From NCBI GenBank assembly GCA_016290725.1, contig JAEEUZ010000001.1:1-58382 (forward strand): a DNA stretch of 58,382 nt, in the 5' to 3' direction. Source of the DNA: Bacteroidales bacterium (GTDB lineage Bacteria; Bacteroidota; Bacteroidia; Bacteroidales; UBA932). The notes under the pieces were generated by a model, which saw only the letters and a list, made by a program, of their open reading frames with translations, was not told the DNA's origin and searched no databases. Each line of letters opens with the position of its first letter. The stretch's first letter is position 1. Both the position numbers and the translations under genes were made by a program. Shown piece after piece: positions 47,642-56,744 of this stretch.

Positions 47642-50600
47642 ATGAAAAAGATAACGACACATATTCTTGCCATAGTGGCTGCACTCACAGTGCTGCTTGC
47701 CCCCTCATGCATGCGCGAAGACGATATCTTCAGCGGCAGGCAGGCCGGGAAGGCCGATGACGGCAAGATTTCCCTGGACGGAACCATTGTCCTTCCCCTT
47801 GCGCAGGACCAGGGCGACTGGATTGGCACCAAGGCGGCAACGATGGGCGAGGAAGTCCCTACCGTCAAGTTCCTTTACCTTGCGGTTTTCAGCGCAGGTG
47901 ATATCCTTTACGAGATAGTCAAGGCCAAGCCCGGAACCCAGTCCCACCCCACAGCGGAAGAGGCCGGTTTCAACTGCGGTACGGCGCAGGAGAACTACCT
48001 TACCAAATTCCACGTGGAGGGGCTTACAAAAGTTCCTTCCGGCGACCGTTACATCCATTTCATCGCCACCACAAGGGCCATCCCCGAGTTCGAAAACACG
48101 GAGATGAACCTGATGGATGAAGGCACCTTCGTGCGCACCCTGGTCACGACAAACAGCGGTTTGGCATATTGGGGCAGGCGCCATTTCGGTTCAATCACCG
48201 AAACCACGGACATGAAGGGGATCAAGATGATCCGCAACTTCTCCAAGGTCAAGGTGAGCGTGGCCGACAATGTGACCAATTTCCGCATCCTTGGATTCAA
48301 GGTGTTCAACACTCCGGTATATGGTACTATTGCCCCCTTCAATACTAATACCGAAGACTACATAAACGTGGGCGGCGAAACACAGATCAATTTCGACCGT
48401 TTTGCCAGATACGAGCTGGCATCTGAACAGGAGACGCCGTACTCCTGGCTCACCAATACGGACATGTACTACGGCTTTATGCCACCGGTAATCCAGTATA
48501 ATTCCTGGAACACATATTACTCGTCTGACGGAACCGACACCATGGACGCCAACAATCTGTGGCTGGACCCCCAGGAGGCCGATTACATGTACGAGTGCTC
48601 CTACCGTCCGGATAAGAACCCGTTCATAATCCTAAAGGCGGAGTTTAACGACGGCAGCACATGGAAGACATACTACTACAAGGCCGATTTCGTGTATAAG
48701 GACCTGTTTGAAGATCCCGTTACCCATGCCGTCACTGGAACCGGCGACAATATCTACTACAACATCCTCCGCAATTTCTGCTATACGCTGAACATCACGG
48801 GCGTGGACGGAAAGGGAAGCAATTCCGTGTACGATGCCGTGAACAGCATCGCCCTCAATAACTTCGAGGGTTCCACCATGGCCCAGGAGCTTACAAACAT
48901 CGCCAACGACGACAGCCGTCTGTACGTGAGCCAGACCGATATCCTGGTGACATTCGGAACTTCGTTCAAGATGTATGTCAAGAGCGCTACGGGGGCAAGT
49001 TTCAACGTAAATGACAACAACAGCATAACGGCCGAGATTCGCGACGCCACCAGCGGAAACAATATCGTATCCTCCGCCAGCAAGATTTCCATCGCCTCTT
49101 CTGATGTAGGAAGCGGAATATACAGCGACTGGCGGGAAGTGACCATCTCCTGTGCGGATCCCGAGAGCCTGCAGCCCGGCGAAGTGTGGAAGCAGCCCAT
49201 TGTGTTCAAGAACGGCAACGGCCTCACGCGAACGGTCATCATCACGCTGCGAAGGCCTTTCTCCCTGTCTGTGGATGCGCAGGATTACGTGGTTCCCGTC
49301 AAGGGAACCGAGGTGACGGTGGACTTCAACGTTCCCGCCGGCCTTACCGTAGCGCGTTTCCCGCTGTACTTCTACATTGAACAGGAGGAGAATACAATGT
49401 ATCCCAAGCCTCTTGCTTCCGAAGCGAATGAAACGCTCACGGTTGAAAACGGCCCCAGCCTTATCCCCGGCCATACCGACAACAACTACTACTACCGCCG
49501 GTCCATCAGCTGGGATGAGTATGTGGCCACCCCTACGGATGTGAACGGTATCAAGACCTTCAGGAGCTATTTCCTGACGATGGTTCCAGAAAGCGCCACT
49601 ACCGTGTGGGTGGTAGCGTCTCCCGACAACGACTTCTACTATCCCGTGGATGCCACGCACAACTCCACCAACAGGGACACCTTCGCCAACATCCAGGAAG
49701 AAGGCAATCTCTACTTCGACTACTACGGGATGCAGCTGCGGGTGGGCGGCAGCGCCGTGAACAAGGCCACCTCCAACGCCAGCGCACCCATTACATACAC
49801 GTCCTCCGACACCTCGGTGGCAACCGTGGACCGTGAGGGCCGGGTTACCGGCGTGGGCGTGGGCTCCGCCACAATCACCGCCACCGCCGACGCATATAAG
49901 AACTACACTGCGGCAGACCCCGTCAGCTACACTGTTTCCGTTACGAACGACAACCTGAGCGGCCTTGCGGTGAAATGGCAGAGGGAACCCGTCTTTGTGG
50001 TAAAGGTGGGCTCGGACGTACAGACCCCTGGCACGTACACCGTGGACTCCGGATACACCGGAACCCCCGTGGTCACATACTCGTCGGCCGATACCGGCAT
50101 AGCCACCGTATCTTCCAACGGCACCGTGCACGGAGTATCCGCCGGATATGTCCTCATCACCTATACCGTGGAAATTCCTGCCGCTAACGGCTATGCGGCA
50201 ACCTCCCAGTCGGTGCATTACGAGATCCAGGTTGTAACGAACAAGGCCGCATCCGGCACCATCCACCACGAGGAAACCTTCCTTGGCCCCACCATGGGAG
50301 ACTATGAGATAGTCCGTGAAGTAATCACCGACGGTGAAACCTGGCAGACCGGAACCAACAGGACGGCCGATTTCGTACGTCTCACCTGGTTCAACGACGG
50401 CCGCTGCTACAGGCACATGTGGTATCCCTACTACAATCCCGGCACAGGCCTGTCCTACGGCGTGGCTCAGTCGGCCTGGGGTGCCATAGAGGAGCCTACC
50501 AGCCGCTGGAACGAGAGTGAAGGCTGGTGGGAGACGGACTACCACAACCAGCGCTTTGCGGGTTACGCGATGATATCGTCAAAGGACATCGACCTGTCCT

Positions 50601-51061
50601 GCTCCGCTGGGGCGACGATTACCTTTTACCACGCAGGCAACTATTTCTACAGCAGGGAGAACATGCGGTCCGACGCCCACATGCTGTTCAGCAAGGATGG
50701 CGGCAATACCTGGAGCGCCCCGGTGAACATCAACTATCCTCCGGGAAGCAACTGGATCTACATCAAGGCCCAGGCCCAGATCCCGTCGGACTATCTGGTG
50801 TCCAACTTCCGCGTGGCGTTCGAGTGCGAGAGCCACCCGGATCACTTCAGCCGGCTGTACTATACCGACAATACGTACACCGCCACAACCACTACGGCAA
50901 CCGCATACCCCGTGTACTACAAAGTAATCACTGTGGGCAGCGAAGAGCGCCAGACCACAACCTACACGCATGAGGTTACACCTTATCCCGTGAGGGTTAC
51001 CCTTGATGACGGCCGCGCCGGTACCTGGGAAATCAAGAACCTCACAATCACGGAGAACTAA
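47642..51061 (+). CDS. Large type V tip pilin/adhesin with two Big_2 Ig-like domains and a C-terminal beta-sandwich
   Basis: APSC, GTKA, MIRNFSKV, ILRNFCY; TYTSSDTSVATVD..G.VTGVG.G x2; IDLS...ITFYH...WEIKNLTITE. Confidence 0.78.
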   Translation: MKKITTHILAIVAALTVLLAPSCMREDDIFSGRQAGKADDGKISLDGTIVLPLAQDQGDWIGTKAATMGEEVPTVKFLYLAVFSAGDILYEIVKAKPGTQSHPTAEEAGFNCGTAQENYLTKFHVEGLTKVPSGDRYIHFIATTRAIPEFENTEMNLMDEGTFVRTLVTTNSGLAYWGRRHFGSITETTDMKGIKMIRNFSKVKVSVADNVTNFRILGFKVFNTPVYGTIAPFNTNTEDYINVGGETQINFDRFARYELASEQETPYSWLTNTDMYYGFMPPVIQYNSWNTYYSSDGTDTMDANNLWLDPQEADYMYECSYRPDKNPFIILKAEFNDGSTWKTYYYKADFVYKDLFEDPVTHAVTGTGDNIYYNILRNFCYTLNITGVDGKGSNSVYDAVNSIALNNFEGSTMAQELTNIANDDSRLYVSQTDILVTFGTSFKMYVKSATGASFNVNDNNSITAEIRDATSGNNIVSSASKISIASSDVGSGIYSDWREVTISCADPESLQPGEVWKQPIVFKNGNGLTRTVIITLRRPFSLSVDAQDYVVPVKGTEVTVDFNVPAGLTVARFPLYFYIEQEENTMYPKPLASEANETLTVENGPSLIPGHTDNNYYYRRSISWDEYVATPTDVNGIKTFRSYFLTMVPESATTVWVVASPDNDFYYPVDATHNSTNRDTFANIQEEGNLYFDYYGMQLRVGGSAVNKATSNASAPITYTSSDTSVATVDREGRVTGVGVGSATITATADAYKNYTAADPVSYTVSVTNDNLSGLAVKWQREPVFVVKVGSDVQTPGTYTVDSGYTGTPVVTYSSADTGIATVSSNGTVHGVSAGYVLITYTVEIPAANGYAATSQSVHYEIQVVTNKAASGTIHHEETFLGPTMGDYEIVREVITDGETWQTGTNRTADFVRLTWFNDGRCYRHMWYPYYNPGTGLSYGVAQSAWGAIEEPTSRWNESEGWWETDYHNQRFAGYAMISSKDIDLSCSAGATITFYHAGNYFYSRENMRSDAHMLFSKDGGNTWSAPVNINYPPGSNWIYIKAQAQIPSDYLVSNFRVAFECESHPDHFSRLYYTDNTYTATTTTATAYPVYYKVITVGSEERQTTTYTHEVTPYPVRVTLDDGRAGTWEIKNLTITEN

Positions 51062-51067
51062 TTACAG

Positions 51068-51094
51068 TAACACCCGCCTCGATGGCGGGTGTTA
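51068..51094. terminator. Hairpin between the converging pilus and two-component operons
   Basis: taacacccgcc-tcgat-ggcgggtgtta. Confidence 0.7.
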
Positions 51095-51099
51095 TAGTT

Positions 51100-51522
51100 T
51101 TAAATATGTCCTCCGCCCTCGGCGGCGATGGCATCGTCCACTTTTTTCTTCTCGGCCATCAGAAGGTCCAGGAGCCAGTCTTTCTGCTCGTCCACGAGGC
51201 CAAGGTCGCGGCAGGCGGATTCCCATCGGCCCAGGACGGCTTCCTGATAGCGGTGGTACACCATGGATTTGCGAATCTCGTCCTCGATGGTTTCGTGCTC
51301 GATTTCGTAGCTGTCCTTATAGTACTCCTTGTACACTTTCTCCGAGGTGTAGCGGATGCAGAAGAAAAACAGGCCCGAGGCCAGGATCACCACGCCCAAT
51401 ATGCCCACCACAAGGTGAACCTTCTGGATAAGACCCAGCATGGCAAGGGTTGAACCGGCGAGGAACAGCACCAGGGCCATTAGTTCGCTGCCGTGGCGCT
51501 TAATAATCGAGGTATTCTTCAT
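51100..51522 (-). CDS. Hypothetical 2-TM membrane protein
   Basis: Two hydrophobic segments; overlaps the upstream gene. Confidence 0.55.
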   Translation of the reverse strand: MKNTSIIKRHGSELMALVLFLAGSTLAMLGLIQKVHLVVGILGVVILASGLFFFCIRYTSEKVYKEYYKDSYEIEHETIEDEIRKSMVYHRYQEAVLGRWESACRDLGLVDEQKDWLLDLLMAEKKKVDDAIAAEGGGHI

Positions 51523-52840
51523 AGCCTGTAAGTACGTTGGTTGTGCGGTTTTGCAATAATTGAAGTTTGGAGTTCACTTCCGCCTCCTTGGCTTCCATGG
51601 CTTTCTGGAAGTTGCGGCGTGAGCGGAGCATCTCCGAGTTCTTGCGCCTCATCTCCTCCAGATTCTCGCGCAGTTGCCACTGGCTTAGCAGAATGGCCAT
51701 GAATGCGATGGCAAACATGACAAGGAAGCCGATGAATATGGTTGCCTGGTTCTGCGCCTTGAGCTTCTGGGCCTCTTCGCGAAGGCGGGCATTGTCCATT
51801 TCCTTGTCCAGAATGGCAAGGTCTTCGTTCTGAACGCGGATGTATGTGGAGTCCTTGTTCACCATGAGCCGTTCCAGTTCTCCATAGGCCGATGGATAAT
51901 CCCCCAGGGAGGCGTACAGGCCCTGCTTGAGGTCGTACCTCATGCGGTCGTTGCCAAGGGAATCCGCCACGGCGAGCGCTTCACGCAGCTGCCCTTTGGA
52001 GCGTAGATACAGTACTTCCAGTGCATGGCGGTCTTCCGCGTCAAGCTGGATGGCGTACATGGGATCCTGCGAGAGCTCTTCGTAACTCTGCCAGAATTCG
52101 GTGTTCCTGCCGCGGGCGTTGCACAGAAGAGTGCGCACGCGCATAGTCTTTATCGGCAAGGTTTTATTGTAAATCGATAAATATTGCTCTGCGAGTCGGC
52201 AATATTGTTCCGCGTTTCCGAACTGCTTCAGTTCGATGAATTCCTGCGCCAGAAGGATGTACAGGAAGGGGAGTTCGTGCTCTGCCCGGGCATCCCGGCA
52301 GAAGTTTGCGGCACTGAGGAAATTCTCCGCCGCAAGCGTGTGGTTTGTCCTCTCGCTCTGGATCAGGCCGATGATTTTATAAGCATAAAGCTTACCAAGG
52401 GCGCTCTTGTCTATCACCGCCTGCCGCTCCATCGCGCGGGCTTCCAGCATGGCTTCCGCGGCGTGGCCGGTGCGGATAAGGTCTATGCACCATTCCTGCT
52501 CCACCCCCAGCCAGAAAAAGCGCGCTTCCTTGCGCTCTCCAACCAGGGAGCGAATCTCCTCGAAGCACTCGTTCATGCCTTCCATGTCCCCATTCACATA
52601 GTCCAGGGCCATTCTGATATGGAGGGCGTAGGCTGTTATCCGGTAATCTCCGGCGGCGGTGCCAAGCGCATACAGCGAGTCTGCAATCTGGAGATTCTCT
52701 GCGCGGAAAGGGCGCATGCGGCAATCCGCGTAGGTGAGATAGGTGCTTCTGTCGGCCTTAAGATGGTTCACGATCTGGGCGCTGCCATCCAGGGAAAGCA
52801 GCGCAAACAGCAGGGCGATAACAAGCCGGCGGCGCATCAC
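51500..52840 (-). CDS. TPR-like periplasmic sensor with TM and short coiled coil, lacking kinase domains
   Basis: Signal peptide, helical repeats, TM IFIGFLVMFAIAFMAILL; no H-box or HATPase motifs. Confidence 0.65.
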   Translation of the reverse strand: MMRRRLVIALLFALLSLDGSAQIVNHLKADRSTYLTYADCRMRPFRAENLQIADSLYALGTAAGDYRITAYALHIRMALDYVNGDMEGMNECFEEIRSLVGERKEARFFWLGVEQEWCIDLIRTGHAAEAMLEARAMERQAVIDKSALGKLYAYKIIGLIQSERTNHTLAAENFLSAANFCRDARAEHELPFLYILLAQEFIELKQFGNAEQYCRLAEQYLSIYNKTLPIKTMRVRTLLCNARGRNTEFWQSYEELSQDPMYAIQLDAEDRHALEVLYLRSKGQLREALAVADSLGNDRMRYDLKQGLYASLGDYPSAYGELERLMVNKDSTYIRVQNEDLAILDKEMDNARLREEAQKLKAQNQATIFIGFLVMFAIAFMAILLSQWQLRENLEEMRRKNSEMLRSRRNFQKAMEAKEAEVNSKLQLLQNRTTNVLTGYEEYLDY

Positions 52841-53256
52841 TTCGTCTTGGCTTCCACCAGCTGCAGCTGGGTTATCACGCAGCTGAGCAGTTTCTCCATG
52901 ATGATGGGTTTCATGATGAAGTCGTTGGCTCCTACGTTGAAACCTTTGACCACGTCTTCATTGGAATTGAGGGCGCTCAGGATTACAATCTGGATGTCTG
53001 CGGTGGCGGGATCCTCGCGAAGCCTGCGGATAACCTCGAAGCCGTCAATCCCCGGCATCATGAGGTCCAGAAGGATAAGGTCCGGCTTCTTCTCGGCTAC
53101 GGCGTCCAAGGCCTGCTGCCCGCCGGAAGCGGTGCGGATGGTGAAGTTGAAACGCGACAGCATTTTCTGCACCAGAAGAAGGTTCAGGGGAATGTCGTCT
53201 ACCGCCAGCACGTTGAAGCGGGAATAGTCGTGGGACTGTGCGTATAAAGGTGTCAT
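52837..53256 (-). CDS. Single-domain response regulator (paralog of 26001-26399)
   Basis: VLAVDD, LDLMMP, LSALNSNED, KP; start re-called at MTPLY. Confidence 0.9.
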   Translation of the reverse strand: MTPLYAQSHDYSRFNVLAVDDIPLNLLLVQKMLSRFNFTIRTASGGQQALDAVAEKKPDLILLDLMMPGIDGFEVIRRLREDPATADIQIVILSALNSNEDVVKGFNVGANDFIMKPIIMEKLLSCVITQLQLVEAKTK

Positions 53257-53269
53257 ATGGTTAAAGGTT

Positions 53270-55231
53270 TTATTTGTCGATGTTTTCCGGAGGGACGATT
53301 GGAATTTCGAAGACAAAGCGCGCGCCGCCATCCGTGTATGTGGTGTCCAGGTATACCGATGCGCCCATGTGCTCTGCAATGTCCCTGCAGATGCTGAGGC
53401 CAAGGCCCGTGCCCTGGACATAATCGTTCAGTTTGGTAAAGCGGTCGAAGATGGCTTCCGCCTTGTCGGGGGGAACGCCGGGACCGGTGTCCGTGACCGT
53501 GTAAACCACGCGGCCGCGCTCCTCGTCCACTGTCCCGCGCAGGACGATACTGCCCTTCGAGGTGTGCTTGCAGGAGTTTGTGAGCAGGTTTATTAGGATC
53601 TGCTGCGAGCGGCGGGGGTCCGTTATGAAATTGAACGGCTCTTCCCGATCCGATTCATAAGTCATGGTAACTCCCGGCTGAAGCCTGTGCTCCGCGCTGG
53701 AGATTGCCGACCGGGCAATGAAATGCATCTCCCCGTCCTCCAGGGTTATATTGTATTTGCCGGAATCCATGGCCGATGCATTCAGGATGTCATCCAGCAG
53801 CATTGTGAGCATCTTGGTGTTGTTCACAATGTGATTGGCGAATTCCTCCTTTTCTTCCTCCGGGAAGCTGCCGTCCGGCAGGGAGAGCAGCTGGGAGAAG
53901 CCCACGATGGCGTTCAGCGGGGTGCGAACCTCGTGGCTCATGTTCTGGACGAAGCGCGTTTTGGCGGCATCGGCCAGCTTGACTTTCTCGTTGGCTTCCG
54001 TGAGGTCGGCAATCATCTTTTTGTCTTTGTCTCGGCGCTTGCGCATCGTGGCCATTTCAAAGAAGGCGAAGCCCAGGATAACCGCCATGATAACCACCGA
54101 GAGGATTGTTATGATATTTCTGGCAGTGTGTTCATGCCGGACGGTTTCTTCCAGGTCTTTGTTGAGCCGGGCCACGCCCATGTTTGCGTTCAGTTCCACA
54201 AGCCTCTGGTGGTTCACGTCGGTTAGTTTGCTTTCCAGCCACTGGACGATTTTTTTCTCCAGCTCAAAGGCCGATTGTTCATAGCCGTATGCCTCCGTTA
54301 CGTTGGCGATGAATTTCATGCCGCGGAAGGTCTCGATGCGGGACGTGATGGCCATGAGCGTGTCGATGGACTCTCCGGCGATAACCGCATCCATGGCATC
54401 AAAAGTGGTGGGGACACTTTTGCCGATGAAAAGAATCTTCGGGTCGCTCATGCAGTAATCCCGGTACTTTTTGTATGAGCGGGTATCCCTGTCCAGGGCG
54501 GCAAGGACGGCCAGATAGTAATTTGTCCGAAGGGTATCCATCTGCACGAGGGCCGCTTTCGCGCCGTTGGCAACGCACAGGCGCATCGAGTCGCTGTTCA
54601 CCGGATAGGAATCCGCCAGGTCGAACCAGGACCGGCACACCGACTGGCGCTTTATCAGTGGATCCTCCGTGTTGTTGTAAATCTTGATTACCTCCCGGCA
54701 GAAGCGGCGCACGGCTTGATAATCGTACATGTCCATGTACAGCGACACCAGGAACTTGAGGCTCATCCATCGGCCGTAATCATCCCCTCTTTCAAGAGCG
54801 ATACTTTGCATTTCCCTGGCAAGGGTTGTCGCTTTCTCGATCTGGTGGCAGTTGTAGCAGTAGGTCATGTACAAATTGTACGCATAGTAGAAGTACTGCA
54901 CATGGCCGAACTTTTCCGCCATCGTCTTGAGCTCTTCGTAGCCCTTCTTCACGTCTTCTTCGGTGATTCCGCTGCCTTCCTGCCGGCCAAGGTTGGACAG
55001 GTTCTTCAGGCGCATCACGTAATAGAGAGTCTGCGCCTTGGTGTCTCCGACCAGGATGGCCTGGGTGAGCAGGGAGTCGTTCACGGCCTGGAAGCCGGGC
55101 TTTCCCACAAGCACTTCAGTCCTTGTGTACAGCGGGTAGCAGGTATCGTCTATACCATAAGGATTGTTTTGCGAGGCCGATGTGAAACACACCGCCACAA
55201 GGGCTGCAAGGACCGAAAGGAAGCGCTTCAT
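53270..55231 (-). CDS. Sensor histidine kinase
   Basis: MSHEVRTPLN H-box, NLLTNSCK, DTGPG, GTGLGL. Confidence 0.93.
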   Translation of the reverse strand: MKRFLSVLAALVAVCFTSASQNNPYGIDDTCYPLYTRTEVLVGKPGFQAVNDSLLTQAILVGDTKAQTLYYVMRLKNLSNLGRQEGSGITEEDVKKGYEELKTMAEKFGHVQYFYYAYNLYMTYCYNCHQIEKATTLAREMQSIALERGDDYGRWMSLKFLVSLYMDMYDYQAVRRFCREVIKIYNNTEDPLIKRQSVCRSWFDLADSYPVNSDSMRLCVANGAKAALVQMDTLRTNYYLAVLAALDRDTRSYKKYRDYCMSDPKILFIGKSVPTTFDAMDAVIAGESIDTLMAITSRIETFRGMKFIANVTEAYGYEQSAFELEKKIVQWLESKLTDVNHQRLVELNANMGVARLNKDLEETVRHEHTARNIITILSVVIMAVILGFAFFEMATMRKRRDKDKKMIADLTEANEKVKLADAAKTRFVQNMSHEVRTPLNAIVGFSQLLSLPDGSFPEEEKEEFANHIVNNTKMLTMLLDDILNASAMDSGKYNITLEDGEMHFIARSAISSAEHRLQPGVTMTYESDREEPFNFITDPRRSQQILINLLTNSCKHTSKGSIVLRGTVDEERGRVVYTVTDTGPGVPPDKAEAIFDRFTKLNDYVQGTGLGLSICRDIAEHMGASVYLDTTYTDGGARFVFEIPIVPPENIDK

Positions 55232-55267
55232 GAATGTAAAGATACGTTATTTTTTGTTTTGTCGCAA

Positions 55268-56362
55268 CTAGCGGTACTTTTCGTAGTCCGGCATCGCCAT
55301 GCCGGCCATGAAGTCGTGGAAAACCTTCTCGTCCTTTGGGCATATCAGAAGGGCGTCCGGAGTGTCCACTACGATATAGTCCTTGAGGCCCTTAACCGCA
55401 AGAAGCTTGTCCTTGTGCTTGGAGATCACGATGCTGTCCGTGCAGTCGTCCAGGATATGGGCGTATGTGTTCACGGCATTGCGGGAGCTGTCTTTCTCCG
55501 GGATGAGGCGGTACAGTGCCTCCCAGCTGCCCACGTCCGTCCAGCCGAATTTGGCGGGATACAGCCAGGCATTGTCCGTGCGCTCCATCACGCCGTAGTC
55601 CAGGGAAACCTTGGGGCAGTCCCCATATGAGCGCTGGATGAAATCCGTCTCTTCCGGAGTGCCGATTGCCTGTTCCCAGCCGGCGAACTGCGAGGTAACC
55701 TCCGGCAGGAGGCGGTCCAGTTCACGGACGATGGCCTTTGCGCTCCACAGGAACACGCCGGAGTTCCAGAAGAACTCGCCGGTGCGGAAGAAGACTTTCG
55801 CCAGTTCCTCGTCGGGTTTTTCCGTGAAGGTTTTCACCTTCAGGGGCTTGTTGCTCAGATATGCATTCTTCCCTTCCTTCACCTGGATGTAGCCGAAGTT
55901 CACATCGGCACTCTTGGGGACGATGCCCAGCGTCATCAGGACGTCGTTCTGCTCCACGTAGGCGAAGGATTCGTTGATGGTGCGGGTGAAGAGGAAGTCG
56001 TCGCGGATCACCTGGTCCGACGGGGTGGCTACGATAACGGCATCGGGATTGCGCTTCAGAAGCTTGTATGCGGCATAGGTCATGCAGGGCGCCGTTCCGC
56101 GGCTGTAGGGCTCAAGGATGAGGTTTTCGGGCTTTAGGCGGGGGAGGATTTCGCGGGTGGCACCGGCATACTTTTCAAGGGTGACCACGATGATATTGTC
56201 TTCCGGGACGATTTTGGCGAAGCGCTCGAATGTCAGGTCCAGAAGGGTGCGGCCCATATCGGCCACATGGAGGAACTGGGTGGGGCGTTCCTCTCTGGAG
56301 ATGGGCCAGAAGCGGCGTCCGGAGCCGCCGGCCATGATTACGCAGTAGTGGTTATGGTTCAT
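55268..56362 (-). CDS. manC: Mannose-1-phosphate guanylyltransferase
   Basis: IMAGGSGRRFWPISR, FTEKP, WNSG, WTDVGSW. Confidence 0.9.
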   Translation of the reverse strand: MNHNHYCVIMAGGSGRRFWPISREERPTQFLHVADMGRTLLDLTFERFAKIVPEDNIIVVTLEKYAGATREILPRLKPENLILEPYSRGTAPCMTYAAYKLLKRNPDAVIVATPSDQVIRDDFLFTRTINESFAYVEQNDVLMTLGIVPKSADVNFGYIQVKEGKNAYLSNKPLKVKTFTEKPDEELAKVFFRTGEFFWNSGVFLWSAKAIVRELDRLLPEVTSQFAGWEQAIGTPEETDFIQRSYGDCPKVSLDYGVMERTDNAWLYPAKFGWTDVGSWEALYRLIPEKDSSRNAVNTYAHILDDCTDSIVISKHKDKLLAVKGLKDYIVVDTPDALLICPKDEKVFHDFMAGMAMPDYEKYR

Positions 56363-56366
56363 GGTT

Positions 56367-56744
56367 CTAAGTGTGCATTGGAATCCAGGCCTGGGGGAAG
56401 TATTTCAGCGAAATTTTTTCTTTGTCGAACACCACTGAAATCACGTCGAAGAATATCTCCTTGCCGTCCGGAGTGGGATGGGAGTTGATGTAGTCGTTCG
56501 CGGCGTCCGTGATGCGGTGACGCTTGATTGCGCCCACCTTGTCCTGGGGGAGGATGTCCATGGGCGAGAGGAGCGATTTCACCTCCACGAAATGGAGGCC
56601 GTCCTTCGCCTCGGAGATGATGTCCACCTCCAGATGGCCGCTGCGCCAGTTCTTTTCCACTATTCTCTGCCCCCTTGAAAGGAGGAAGTCGCAGGCCAGC
56701 TCTTCGCTTTTCTGGCCCATTGCCTTGCGTCCTCTGATCTTCAT
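56367..56744 (-). CDS. yraN: YraN family (UPF0102) endonuclease-like protein
   Basis: G..SE..A, NWR, EVDII, FVEVK, FDVI. Confidence 0.88.
   Translation of the reverse strand: MKIRGRKAMGQKSEELACDFLLSRGQRIVEKNWRSGHLEVDIISEAKDGLHFVEVKSLLSPMDILPQDKVGAIKRHRITDAANDYINSHPTPDGKEIFFDVISVVFDKEKISLKYFPQAWIPMHT

Noticed and set aside
45233-51061. Diversity-generating retroelement targeting the tip pilins
   Set aside because: No reverse transcriptase and no template/variable repeat pair seen in the window
25802-51094. Pilus region as an integrative element at the tRNA(CAT)
   Set aside because: No integrase, relaxase or duplicated tRNA 3' end seen; only adjacency and a local AT-rich stretch
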